A stretch of DNA of 64,000 nucleotides from a virus (taxonomy: Duplodnaviria; Caudoviricetes), in the IMG/VR virus record IMGVR_UViG_2547132424_000002. The stretch is one strand, 5' to 3'. Numbering within the stretch: position 1 is the stretch's first letter; each line of letters opens with the position of its first letter. The notes under the pieces are model-generated. The model ran no database searches. It was not told the origin of the DNA and was given only the letters and a program-made list of their open reading frames with translations. The position numbers were made by a program, and so were the translations under genes. Positions 17,576 through 26,381 of this stretch are shown here, one piece after another.

Positions 17576-17722
17576 GTGAGTTCAGCACCAGAACGAGATC
17601 CGATCGCGGACCTGTTCCGTCGTGGCTTCGAGGCGTACGGCGAGCGTCTCGCCGAGGAGTGCCCAGGCGACCCGGATGCCGGTTGGGAGCGACTCAGAAA
17701 GGACATCGAGGGCGGAGTCTGA
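17576..17722 (+). CDS. Small hypothetical ORF or gene remnant
   Basis: GGAGAGG RBS, GTG start, 48 aa. Confidence 0.35.
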   Translation: MSSAPERDPIADLFRRGFEAYGERLAEECPGDPDAGWERLRKDIEGGV

Positions 17723-17990
17723 TCCGGAGCGCGGTGGGCTCGAGATCCTGTCCCGGATCCCGTAGGGTTTCTTCTCGGCTGGGTTGCACCCTTTTTCGAG
17801 GGAGGGATGAGTGCCGCAACTCGCGTGACCCGGTCGCTGCGCCGCAGTTTCTGCGGTTGCCCTAGGGCCGCTGCTCCATTCCCCCGGAGCGCGGCCCTAG
17901 TCGCGTCCCGGGGCCGACCGGCTGGACTAGGGGTAGAAACCGACCGGAACCATTCAACATATGGGCTGGCCTCGGGTTATCGTGGGCGAC

Positions 17991-19136
17991 ATGGGCGAGC
18001 AATACAGCGAGAACGAGGCTTCACCCATGCCTGCCTCGCGCGAGTTCGGGGCGTTCAAATTCGCTGGCGGCCGATACGACACCGTAGGCCTGCCGGTTCA
18101 CGCGATGTCTGAGCTGCAGCGTTACGCCAAGCTCGTCGGCATGGTGGCCCACGCTCTGTATCTGGAGCAGAACACCGACCGGCGCCGCGTGCCTCAGGGG
18201 TTCTCCGAGGCGCTGGATCTTCGCCTGACGGCTATCCACCCGGGCAGCGTGCAAACGGTGCTGGAATGGACCGGCTTCGACACTGCCGACCAACCGATCG
18301 TCGACGCGCATGAAGACGCCCGCGCACTCGTCGACCGAACTTTCGAGGAACTCGCCCATTCCGGCCAGCTCCCGAAGGAGTTCCCGCCCAAGGCGCTTGG
18401 TGTACTCGGTCAGTTCGGCCGCAGCCTGCGCGATGACGAACGCATCGAGCTCGGCACCTACCGGGATCAGCGTGCGGTCGTGAACACTCACATCCGTGAG
18501 CGGCTGGCGGCGGTAGCGAACTTCGAGACCATCGACGTCGAACGGGTGCTGATCGGCCGTATCACGGGGATCGAGTCATTGCCTCGACACTCGTTCACCC
18601 TGGTACTTGCTGGGCCGGACGCCAAACGCTTGGATTGCGGATTCGCCGACCCGGAGACATTCACGGCGATCGAAGAATTCGTCGGCTATGCCCGCGATGC
18701 GCCGTTGTGTGCGCTCACCGTGCTCGCTGAGCAGCGCACCAGCGGCGAACTCACGGTCACCGATGTCCTCGCGGTCGAGACCGCACTTCCGCCCGACTGG
18801 GTCGCGCGTGTAGCTGCCCTGTCGGAAATCAGAGATGGCTGGCTCAACCCCGAGACTCCACGCCCGACCGTCGAGTCGATCGATGTTCTCGAGCTGCTAC
18901 TCGCTCGATGCGTGGAGCACAACATTCCTCGCCCGCTGATGTACCCGTCGGCCGAGGGCGGTGTCCAGCTCGAATGGCGGCGTGAAGCGAGTGGCCTGGA
19001 GATCGAGATCTACAACGCTCGCACTGTCGACGCTTCCTGGTTCGCGCTCGACAGCGAACGCAGCGAAGACGCATCGTTCATGTTCACCGATATCGATCAG
19101 ATCGTCGAATTCATCGTGGGGAATCTGCATGACTGA
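17991..19136 (+). CDS. Uncharacterised ~370-380 aa protein (cassette gene 1); start uncertain (17961, 17991 or 18027)
   Basis: Long ORF with globular composition; C-terminal MYPSAEGGVQLEW segment. Confidence 0.8.
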   Translation: MGEQYSENEASPMPASREFGAFKFAGGRYDTVGLPVHAMSELQRYAKLVGMVAHALYLEQNTDRRRVPQGFSEALDLRLTAIHPGSVQTVLEWTGFDTADQPIVDAHEDARALVDRTFEELAHSGQLPKEFPPKALGVLGQFGRSLRDDERIELGTYRDQRAVVNTHIRERLAAVANFETIDVERVLIGRITGIESLPRHSFTLVLAGPDAKRLDCGFADPETFTAIEEFVGYARDAPLCALTVLAEQRTSGELTVTDVLAVETALPPDWVARVAALSEIRDGWLNPETPRPTVESIDVLELLLARCVEHNIPRPLMYPSAEGGVQLEWRREASGLEIEIYNARTVDASWFALDSERSEDASFMFTDIDQIVEFIVGNLHD

Positions 19137-19572
19137 GAAGGCAGAGGCCGGTGGCGTCGAAGTAGAACTCGACGACGCCAACGAACTGGTCTGGCGCAAC
19201 GTGAATCCGGGTTTCCTGGACAATGGTGTTCTCTCGTCGCAGGCTTTCCGGCCGACGCCGAAGGACAAGTCGAAGTTGTCGGGCGCCCGGCAGGCGAAGG
19301 TGTCGGCGGAGAAGCACTTTCACGAGTTCACCACCGAGCTCAATCTGTCCTCGGCAGGTGTGTGGGCGGTATCGGTGGCTGAAGCCAATGCGCAAGACGT
19401 GCGCTGCGTGTACGACGCCGAAGCGGCCACCCGGCCGCCGGACCCGTGCCCCGCTGGCCATACATATTTCGACTTCCAGCCCCACGGCACCGGTGCCCGC
19501 AAGCGCATCAGCCGCGTCCTGAGCGACAAGGCCGCCGCGCGCGGCTGTCAGCACTCTCGGCCCGAGGAATAG
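19129..19572 (+). CDS. Uncharacterised 147 aa protein (cassette gene 2), possible ART-like fold
   Basis: Coupled to gene 1; LVWRNV...SSQAFRPTPKD.SKLS...GH pattern. Confidence 0.7.
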   Translation: MTEKAEAGGVEVELDDANELVWRNVNPGFLDNGVLSSQAFRPTPKDKSKLSGARQAKVSAEKHFHEFTTELNLSSAGVWAVSVAEANAQDVRCVYDAEAATRPPDPCPAGHTYFDFQPHGTGARKRISRVLSDKAAARGCQHSRPEE

Positions 19573-19636
19573 ACCTGCGCCGCGAACGGCCCGGTGGTAC
19601 TCGAGATCGTGTGAAATTGGCCCTAGCCTGTTATCT

Positions 19637-20296
19637 ATGGGCAACTCGATCCGGCCGTGCACGTACCCCGATTGCGCTGACCGCAACGGCGACCCTGAGC
19701 TGACTTCCGAGGGGATGTGTCCGCGGTGCCAGAAACGGTTCGCGAAGCTCCTTGGCTGGCTCGTCATGGACTGGGTACACCTGGCCGTCGAATTGCCGAT
19801 GCCGGCTGCCCGCGGTGCTGGGGAACGCCGGACAACGCAGAAGGTGTACGGGCATCCGGCGGAATGGGCATCCGATACCGCGGCGGAAATCGTCGCCGTG
19901 CTGAACGAAACCCACGATGCGCTCGCTGACCACCTTGGTGCTTCGTCGGCGCCGCATCCGGGGATCACGGAGCGGGCCCGGGTCCGGGCGGCTTGGAATT
20001 TCCTCGAGTGCCGTATCCCCCAGCTCGCCGCCTACGGCGGCGGCCGCGACGCGGCGATCGATTTCCGTGACCTGCATGGCATGGTCCGCTCCCGCCTCGG
20101 TCTCACCCGCCCCCGCCAGCTGCTACCGACGCCATGCCCGTCGTGCGAGTTGAGGACATTGTTCCGGTCGATCGATGCGTACAACGACAGTATCGAGTGC
20201 GGGAACTGCGGGCACACGATCCGGGAGGCTCATTACCCGTTCTATACGCGGGTGGTGCTCGACACGCTGATCAACGGTGAGAGCGCCGCGGCATGA
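19637..20296 (+). CDS. Zinc-finger phage protein, putative late transcription regulator
   Basis: CTYPDC/CPRC N-terminus and CPSC/CGNC C-terminus; located before the late region. Confidence 0.7.
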   Translation: MGNSIRPCTYPDCADRNGDPELTSEGMCPRCQKRFAKLLGWLVMDWVHLAVELPMPAARGAGERRTTQKVYGHPAEWASDTAAEIVAVLNETHDALADHLGASSAPHPGITERARVRAAWNFLECRIPQLAAYGGGRDAAIDFRDLHGMVRSRLGLTRPRQLLPTPCPSCELRTLFRSIDAYNDSIECGNCGHTIREAHYPFYTRVVLDTLINGESAAA

Positions 20297-20352
20297 CTTC
20301 CCAGCAATCTTCCGGTAGATTTCACACCTGAGCGGTAATTTTGTCGTGCCCA

Positions 20353-20396
20353 AATCCCCTTCGCAGGTGTTTCAGCGGAGGGGATTTTGCTGTTTT
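20353..20396 (+). terminator. Hairpin with T-rich tail; possible terminator/attenuator
   Basis: AAATCCCCTTCGC...GCGGAGGGGATTT followed by TGCTGTTTT. Confidence 0.5.
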
Positions 20397-20412
20397 GCAG
20401 GGAGGTGCCGGG

Positions 20413-20619
20413 ATGCTCGTCACCGACGGCCTGGATTCGCAAATGACCGCCGTGGAAGCATCCAGCGTATTCGGCGTCTCGGCTGACCTCATCCGCAAAT
20501 GGGCTTCCCTCGGCAAAATCACAGCGGTCGGTATCGACCCGCGTGGCCGAAAGCTGTACAAGCTCATAGACATCGCCCGCTACGAGCAGCAAACCCGCCG
20601 CGCCGCGGGCCGCTCGTAG
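20413..20619 (+). CDS. MerR/excisionase-like HTH DNA-binding protein
   Basis: MTAVEASSVFGVSADLIRKWASLGKI...GRKLYKLIDI; GGGAGG RBS. Confidence 0.85.
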   Translation: MLVTDGLDSQMTAVEASSVFGVSADLIRKWASLGKITAVGIDPRGRKLYKLIDIARYEQQTRRAAGRS

Positions 20620-20805
20620 ACCGGCGAACCGATCGTTGCAGCGCGTCAAACCGGCCCCACGATGCAACCCCGGCAAGCGCCCCTAGACCCTGGCCTCGTA
20701 ATCCTTTGGGGGTGAGCGAGGTCAGGAGAGGTCACCGCTGCGCGCTGCAACAACTCCGGATGGATGTTCCGGGTACACCTACCCGAATCCTCTAGGGAGA
20801 CATCC

Positions 20806-21051
20806 GTGCACAACATCACCATCGGCCGCTACAACGGCGCGGAAGGCACAGCGACCCGTGTCCGCTGCGACGAACGTGGGAACGAGCTGTCGCGCGAGAG
20901 CTTCAAGGCTCACGCCGGATGGATCGAGGGTGTCCGCGACGACGGGTCGACGTGGATCATGTACCTCGACGGTAGCGGCAGCCCGGAATGCTTTTGGCCG
21001 CGCCGCGAGTCGGACGGTGCTGTGATCGGTGATCCGGTCCGGCTGGATTGA
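20806..21051 (+). CDS. Hypothetical protein
   Basis: AGGGAG RBS, GTG start; HAGWIEG and WIMYLD motifs. Confidence 0.7.
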   Translation: MHNITIGRYNGAEGTATRVRCDERGNELSRESFKAHAGWIEGVRDDGSTWIMYLDGSGSPECFWPRRESDGAVIGDPVRLD

Positions 21052-21277
21052 CCACCGCCGCAGCGGTGTCTGGTGGTCGGGGAGCTGCGGTAATCCCCGG
21101 CCGCCCGAAAATCTCGCGGGCCGGTTGGTCTGCGGGCTGGACAGTAAGACCCGGTGGTCTCCGGGCGGGGGAACAGGCGCGAAGAATTGGGCACGAGCCG
21201 CCCCCGGTGGCCGCGAGACGAATCACGAGCCCGACGGGCGATGCCGATACCCGTCCAGCACGCAGACGAACCGGTCC
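21048..21277 (+). ncRNA. Candidate structured non-coding RNA
   Basis: 25-nt long-range stem (21118-21142 with 21253-21277) plus several internal hairpins in an intergenic gap. Confidence 0.5.
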
Positions 21278-21302
21278 ACACCTCCGATCAACCGAGCTGA
21301 CG

Positions 21303-21596
21303 ATGTCCAAGACAGACAAGACCGCACCGTTCCTGGTGAAGCTCCGCTGCGGCGATCTCGACACGGTCGAGTACCACGATCACCGCGACGGCACGTGCGA
21401 CCTGGCGGCCGATCCGGACCGCTTCGGGTTCGCTGTACGCGGCTGTTACAAGGCGTTCCACTACACGGGCACGGTGGTGTGCAGCTGCCCGATGTGCCAC
21501 GGCCTCGACCCGCGCCGGACCGCGCCTCAGCGGCGGCGCAGGGAGCGGCGTACGGCGAAACAGGCCCTGCGCGCGGCCGATCCGGCGCAGTGGTGA
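21303..21596 (+). CDS. Small basic Cys/His-rich (zinc-binding) protein
   Basis: MSKTDKTAP, HDHRDGTCDL, CSCPMCHG and Arg-rich tail. Confidence 0.7.
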   Translation: MSKTDKTAPFLVKLRCGDLDTVEYHDHRDGTCDLAADPDRFGFAVRGCYKAFHYTGTVVCSCPMCHGLDPRRTAPQRRRRERRTAKQALRAADPAQW

Positions 21597-21719
21597 GCGC
21601 GGTTCAAGTTCCGCGCCGAGGACTTGAGCCGGACGGCCCGCGTTCAAGCCCGCTTGAGAGCCTCAACTCCTAACCATCCCCAAATTTGGCCCAAGTTTGG
21701 GGTTCGCCGAGGAGGCGTC

Positions 21720-21983
21720 ATGGCGGGGATGATGCGCTCCCGGTCGACGGGCTGCACCTGCTGCGGTGATTGGGGCCCGGATCGCGCAGCCGAGAAACGC
21801 GACTGGCAGCGCCGGGAATGGGCGCAGGCCGACCGACGCCGCACCTGGCAGGGCGACGCCCGGCGACCTGACTACTGGCCCGACGTTTTCGGCATGCTCG
21901 CCGAGGACTACCTGACCCACGGGTATTGGGCGGTGGAGTCCGCAGACGACTACTGGATGTATCCGACCGGAACGGAGTCCTGA
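21720..21983 (+). CDS. Small Cys/Arg-rich hypothetical protein
   Basis: GAGGAGG RBS; GCTCCGDW...AAEKRDWQRRE. Confidence 0.6.
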   Translation: MAGMMRSRSTGCTCCGDWGPDRAAEKRDWQRREWAQADRRRTWQGDARRPDYWPDVFGMLAEDYLTHGYWAVESADDYWMYPTGTES

Positions 21984-22486
21984 TGGCGATCGGCAGTTAC
22001 ATGCTTGAGTTCGACAGCCGTCCGGATCAAGGGCCGATGTGGATCGGCCCGTTCGGCTCATCGGAGGCTGCGGACCGCGAAGCTCGTCGTATCACCGGCG
22101 GCGTCGGCGAGTGGTCTTGGTCGGTCGTTCCGCTCACTGCTCCGGAGGAATCCATCAAGTACCGCAAGAAGCCTGTCGAGGTCGAGGCTGAGCACTTCTC
22201 GAGCCTCAACGGCGAGCGAATCGTCGAGTGGATCAACACCAACGGCGGCACGGCCCGCCTGCACATCATCGACAAGATGTACGACCGCGACACCGACTCC
22301 TTCAAGCCCATCGATGACTATCCGCCATCGATCACGATCGAAACGCTCGAGGGCACCATGTGCGCCAATGTGGGCGACTGGATGATTCAGGACGCGCTGG
22401 GTAACCCGGACCCGGCCGAAGCTCGGCTGGCGATCGACGAGTGGAAGCGGCGGCTGTACGCGAAGGCAGGGGGCTGTGGTGAGTGA
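21983..22486 (+). CDS. Mosaic phage protein with truncated KYRKKPV...TLEG...GDW domain
   Basis: KYRKKPVEVEA and IETLEGTMCANVGDWMI, with unrelated N- and C-terminal flanks. Confidence 0.65.
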   Translation: MAIGSYMLEFDSRPDQGPMWIGPFGSSEAADREARRITGGVGEWSWSVVPLTAPEESIKYRKKPVEVEAEHFSSLNGERIVEWINTNGGTARLHIIDKMYDRDTDSFKPIDDYPPSITIETLEGTMCANVGDWMIQDALGNPDPAEARLAIDEWKRRLYAKAGGCGE

Positions 22487-22667
22487 TCAGCGCATCGCTC
22501 GGGCGCGCGCTCGGTTCCGGATCGGTGCCTACTTGTTCGAGTACGACCGGCGGTGGCGGCGCTGGCGCAGCTGGTCTTGTGAGAGCCATGCGCGCGGTTG
22601 CGCGTTCCGGCCGACGCCGGTCCACGCATGGCTCGCGCAACGCCGATTCGAACGCGAATTGCGCTGA
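22479..22667 (+). CDS. Small hypothetical protein
   Basis: Coupled 62 aa ORF. Confidence 0.45.
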   Translation: MSDQRIARARARFRIGAYLFEYDRRWRRWRSWSCESHARGCAFRPTPVHAWLAQRRFERELR

Positions 22668-22981
22668 GCGAGGTCTGCCGGGTGCTCTCGTGATGGCCAG
22701 CGCCGCTTGGGAACTGGACCGGTTGCCCGGGGTGTGTGGTGGTTGACCGTTTCGAGCGCGGCTATGTCGCGCTGCTGCAGCTGCTGCTCCGCCGTCTCGG
22801 CGTGATGCGCCGCTGAAAGCTCCCCCGCGGCGTGGCGTCCGCGGGTAGTCGTCGCGTGTACGTCCTTCTGCCAGGTCGTGACTGCACGCGGCGCACCTAC
22901 TTCGCCGCCGAAAGTGCGGCAAAACAGCTGGTCGCACTCGACCAGCCCCGCGAATCCGTCCGAACGCACCAGGAGAACAAC

Positions 22982-23098
22982 ATGCTCGGCACCGTGCTGT
23001 CCGCTCTGTGGACCATCATCAGCGCAGGCGACTTCGCTATCCCCCGCTGGGCGTTCCACGAGCTCGGCGAGCTGGCCGCCTACACCGGATCGGCGTAG
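22982..23098 (+). CDS. Small hydrophobic peptide
   Basis: AGGAG RBS; MLGTVLSALWTIISAG. Confidence 0.5.
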   Translation: MLGTVLSALWTIISAGDFAIPRWAFHELGELAAYTGSA

Positions 23099-23106
23099 GC
23101 GTGCCG

Positions 23107-23409
23107 ATGCTGGTGCGGGTTTGGGATGCGTCGATGAAGTTGGCGCACACGGTCGGTCCTGACCAGGTGAGCACTCCTCGGCCTGGCCGACGGGTCGTCG
23201 CGACGCCCGCAAAGAGCCCGCTCGCGATGTTCGTCCAGAAGCAGGATGCGCAGGGCGGCCCGGTCGCGTACATCACGATCGACGGGCCCGGCCCGGACGA
23301 TCGCTGGCTCGGCCGCCTCAGCGACTACGAGATCACCCGCGGCGCGAAGCACGAGTGCGCGCACTGCCAGCACGGCCACGAGACGCTCGTGCAGATCGGC
23401 TGGGAATGA
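23107..23409 (+). CDS. Hypothetical protein
   Basis: MLVRVWDASM...CAHC; coupled to the next gene. Confidence 0.55.
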   Translation: MLVRVWDASMKLAHTVGPDQVSTPRPGRRVVATPAKSPLAMFVQKQDAQGGPVAYITIDGPGPDDRWLGRLSDYEITRGAKHECAHCQHGHETLVQIGWE

Positions 23410-23636
23410 ATCCGGATGTGTGGGGCGTGGAGGACGTGCGCAGTCGCGAGTTCCACTACGTCATCACCCTGCAGTATCACGACGAGTCCGGACGGGCGTG
23501 GCTGCGCACACAGGAGGGCATCTACCGCGCCGCCCCGGGTTGTACCCGACAGAAGGCGTACAACGTTATCCGAGACAGTCTCGGCCATCCCGACTCGAAC
23601 ACCACGTTCTTCAGCCTCGAGCCGAACGAGCTGTGA
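23406..23636 (+). CDS. Small hypothetical protein
   Basis: FHYVITLQY...NTTFFSLEPNEL. Confidence 0.6.
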   Translation: MNPDVWGVEDVRSREFHYVITLQYHDESGRAWLRTQEGIYRAAPGCTRQKAYNVIRDSLGHPDSNTTFFSLEPNEL

Positions 23637-23638
23637 TC

Positions 23639-23812
23639 ATGCATGTCCACACCGACCAGTGCCCGATCCCGCTGGCGCTGCACCGGCATCCGATGTCGCC
23701 GATCCCGATCGCTCCGTTCGCGCGACGAGCATGCGACCCCGACGGGGCTGTCGTAGTCCAGAACCGCAATGGGAAGGCTTGGGTCGGGCGGATGGCACAG
23801 GCAGCCAAGTGA
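23639..23812 (+). CDS. Small hypothetical protein
   Basis: Fills the gap and is coupled to the next gene. Confidence 0.35.
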   Translation: MHVHTDQCPIPLALHRHPMSPIPIAPFARRACDPDGAVVVQNRNGKAWVGRMAQAAK

Positions 23813-24042
23813 CCGGAGCGGTGTTGACCGACCGGCGCGATGTGAAGGCGCTGCCCGCTGGATCGATCATCTCGTGGCTCACGTATCCGGACGATCCTGA
23901 ATCGGAGGTCGTCGCGATCGTCGGGCACGGCGAGGACGGTGATGTGCGTCTGGCTCATACCGGGTCGGCGTACTGGCTCAGTGATGTCAATTACCTCGTC
24001 CAGCTGCCGTGCACGGTGATCCGGTACGGGCGCACCTCGTGA
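23809..24042 (+). CDS. Small hypothetical protein
   Basis: VKALPAGSII motif; GTGA overlap. Confidence 0.55.
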   Translation: MTGAVLTDRRDVKALPAGSIISWLTYPDDPESEVVAIVGHGEDGDVRLAHTGSAYWLSDVNYLVQLPCTVIRYGRTS

Positions 24043-24043
24043 A

Positions 24044-24988
24044 GTGGAGATCGTCGAATTGAGAATCGCGTTTCTCGGCAACTTCCAGGTCGACTATTGC
24101 TCCGAGGTGCACCACGCGAAGTCGCTGGAGTCCCTTGGGCACACGGTGGTCCGGCTGCAGGAGACTGTCGCCTCGTCGGACGAGGTCCTCGCCGCAGGAT
24201 GCGCCGCCGATCTGTTCGTGTGGGTGCATACGCACGGCTGGAACACCCCGGGCGATATCGGGGCCGCGATCCGCGCGCTCCGCACCGCCGGTGTCCCGAC
24301 GCTGTCCTATCACCTGGACCGGTGGCTCGGCCTCCGCCGCCAGGCCGACATGCGCGCTACGGAGCCGTATTGGTCGCTGGATCACTTCTTCACCTGTGAT
24401 GCGGCACAAGCAGATTGGCTGAACGCGCACACCAACATGCGCGGCCACTACCTACCGGCCGCCGTGTTCGGTCCGGAGTGCTACATGGCCGCCCCGCGCA
24501 CCCGTTTCGATGTCGCGTTCGTCGGCAGCAAGGGCTATCACCCGGAGTATCCGTACCGGCCGAAGCTGATCGACTGGCTGGCCTCCACGTACGGTGACCG
24601 GTTCCGGCACTACGGCGGCGGTGGCCTGCCGACCGTGCGCGGCGCCGACCTCAACGGCGTGTACGCCGACGCCCGCGTGGTGGTCGGTGACAGCCTGTGC
24701 CTGGACCCGGACTATCCGGGCATGTACTGGTCCGACCGGATCTACGAAACCCTCGGCCGCGCAGGTTTTCTCATCCATCCGCGGCTCAAGGGCCTGGAGA
24801 ACCACTTCGGCCCGGAGCATGTCGTGCTGTATGAGCACGGCGACCTCGAGCAGTTGCGCGAACTGATCGACTACTACCTCGCCAACCCCAGCGAGCGGGA
24901 GACGATCCGGCGCGCCGGGCACGAGCATGTGAAGGCCAACCACACCTACGCGCACCGGTGGCAGACCATCCTGGAGACGATCGCGTGA
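24044..24988 (+). CDS. Glycosyltransferase (GT-B, CgeB/Glyco_trans_1_2-like)
   Basis: FDVAFVGS, YWSDRIYETLGRAGFLIHP, HTYAHRW. Confidence 0.9.
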   Translation: MEIVELRIAFLGNFQVDYCSEVHHAKSLESLGHTVVRLQETVASSDEVLAAGCAADLFVWVHTHGWNTPGDIGAAIRALRTAGVPTLSYHLDRWLGLRRQADMRATEPYWSLDHFFTCDAAQADWLNAHTNMRGHYLPAAVFGPECYMAAPRTRFDVAFVGSKGYHPEYPYRPKLIDWLASTYGDRFRHYGGGGLPTVRGADLNGVYADARVVVGDSLCLDPDYPGMYWSDRIYETLGRAGFLIHPRLKGLENHFGPEHVVLYEHGDLEQLRELIDYYLANPSERETIRRAGHEHVKANHTYAHRWQTILETIA

Positions 24989-25572
24989 CCGCGGCCGAGC
25001 GCGAGCACTGGCTGTCGATCACCGACGACCCGGACTGGCGCCGCAACTACATCCACGACCCCGCGATCAGCGTCGACGAGACGGTCGCCGTGATCACCGC
25101 GGCCGCCCCGCCGCAGCCGGGCCGGATCCTGGAACTCGGTTGCGGGTACGGGCGCCTCACCCGCGAGATCGGCCGCGTGTACCCGGAAGCTGTGATCATC
25201 GGCCTGGACATCAACCCGGACGTCCTCGACGTCGCCCGCGGCTACGACCCGCGCACCACGTTCCTGTACGACGAGCGGCTCAGCCACCTCAGCACCACGC
25301 TGGACCTCATCTACTCGGTGGCCGTGTTCCAGCATCTCCCCGACGGGGAGAAGCAGGCGTACATCGCGCAGGCATCCACCGTGCTGGACGCGGGCGGTGT
25401 GCTGCGTGTCCAGTTCATCGCCGGGGACCGCGACGACCACCTCGATCACTGGGTGCCCGCCGACCGCATGATCCGATGGGCACGGGCCGCTGGATTCGCT
25501 GATGTCTCGGTCGATGAAGGCTTGGCGCATCCGCAGTGGGCGTGGCTGACCGCGGTCAAGGCGGCGCGATGA
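24985..25572 (+). CDS. Class I SAM-dependent methyltransferase
   Basis: ILELGCGYGR, GLDIN, DLIYSVAVFQHL. Confidence 0.9.
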   Translation: MTAAEREHWLSITDDPDWRRNYIHDPAISVDETVAVITAAAPPQPGRILELGCGYGRLTREIGRVYPEAVIIGLDINPDVLDVARGYDPRTTFLYDERLSHLSTTLDLIYSVAVFQHLPDGEKQAYIAQASTVLDAGGVLRVQFIAGDRDDHLDHWVPADRMIRWARAAGFADVSVDEGLAHPQWAWLTAVKAAR

Positions 25573-26381
25573 GCTTCCGCGGTCACACGACGCTCACCGC
25601 TCGTCTGGCACCGGCATACGCCGAGTTGCCCGACGTTGCGGGGTTCGCGGCTCAATTCCGCAGGGACTTCGATCTCGATGTGTTCGCTCCGGACTCCGCG
25701 GCCAAACCCGGTTACGGCGAATACGACCCGGGTCGCGACGCTGTCACCGAATCCTTGCTCGCGCAAACGGTCTGGGAGGCTCAGGAATCCACGCTGGCCG
25801 CGGATATCCTCGCTCAGACCGCTGGTGTGGTTCTGGATTTCGGGGCGCACATCGGCTGGTACACGGTGCTGGCTGCCCTGTTCGGCGCGCACCCGGTGAT
25901 CGCGTTCGAAGAACACGAAGCCACCCGGGAAGTCCTGGAAGCCAACATCCGCCGTCATTCGGTGGCTGCGGACCTCCGGCCGGGCGTCACCGCATCGACC
26001 ACGCCGTTCGCGCACGACAGTATCGGCGAAGTCGCGTTGATGAAATGCGACATCGAAGGCGCCGAGGACCTCGCGGTCGACGCGTGCGCTGAACTGTTCG
26101 CAGACCACCGCATCCGCTACGCGCTGATCGAGATCTCCCCGATCTTCACCGCCGACGGACGCTCGAACTGCGACTACGTCGCGATGACCGGGCAGCTGCT
26201 CGATTGGGGATATCACCTGTTCCGGATACCGCCCAAGGGGTGGGAGCACAACGACGAATACCGGGAGCAGCCGGTTGCAACGTTGATCCGCCGCTGCGCG
26301 GTCGGCGCCGACTGGCCTGCCGTGATCGCGGGCTGCCGACAGGACAATTTCGTGTTCATCCGGAGCGAGGACGCAGCGTGA
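25569..26381 (+). CDS. FkbM-family methyltransferase
   Basis: VLDFGAHIGWYT, AFE, LMKCDIEGAE. Confidence 0.88.
   Translation: MSFRGHTTLTARLAPAYAELPDVAGFAAQFRRDFDLDVFAPDSAAKPGYGEYDPGRDAVTESLLAQTVWEAQESTLAADILAQTAGVVLDFGAHIGWYTVLAALFGAHPVIAFEEHEATREVLEANIRRHSVAADLRPGVTASTTPFAHDSIGEVALMKCDIEGAEDLAVDACAELFADHRIRYALIEISPIFTADGRSNCDYVAMTGQLLDWGYHLFRIPPKGWEHNDEYREQPVATLIRRCAVGADWPAVIAGCRQDNFVFIRSEDAA

Noticed and set aside
21048-21277. SRP RNA, 6S/Ms1, cobalamin riboswitch or hammerhead ribozyme
   Set aside because: I could not find their diagnostic conserved motifs; kept as an unknown structured RNA.
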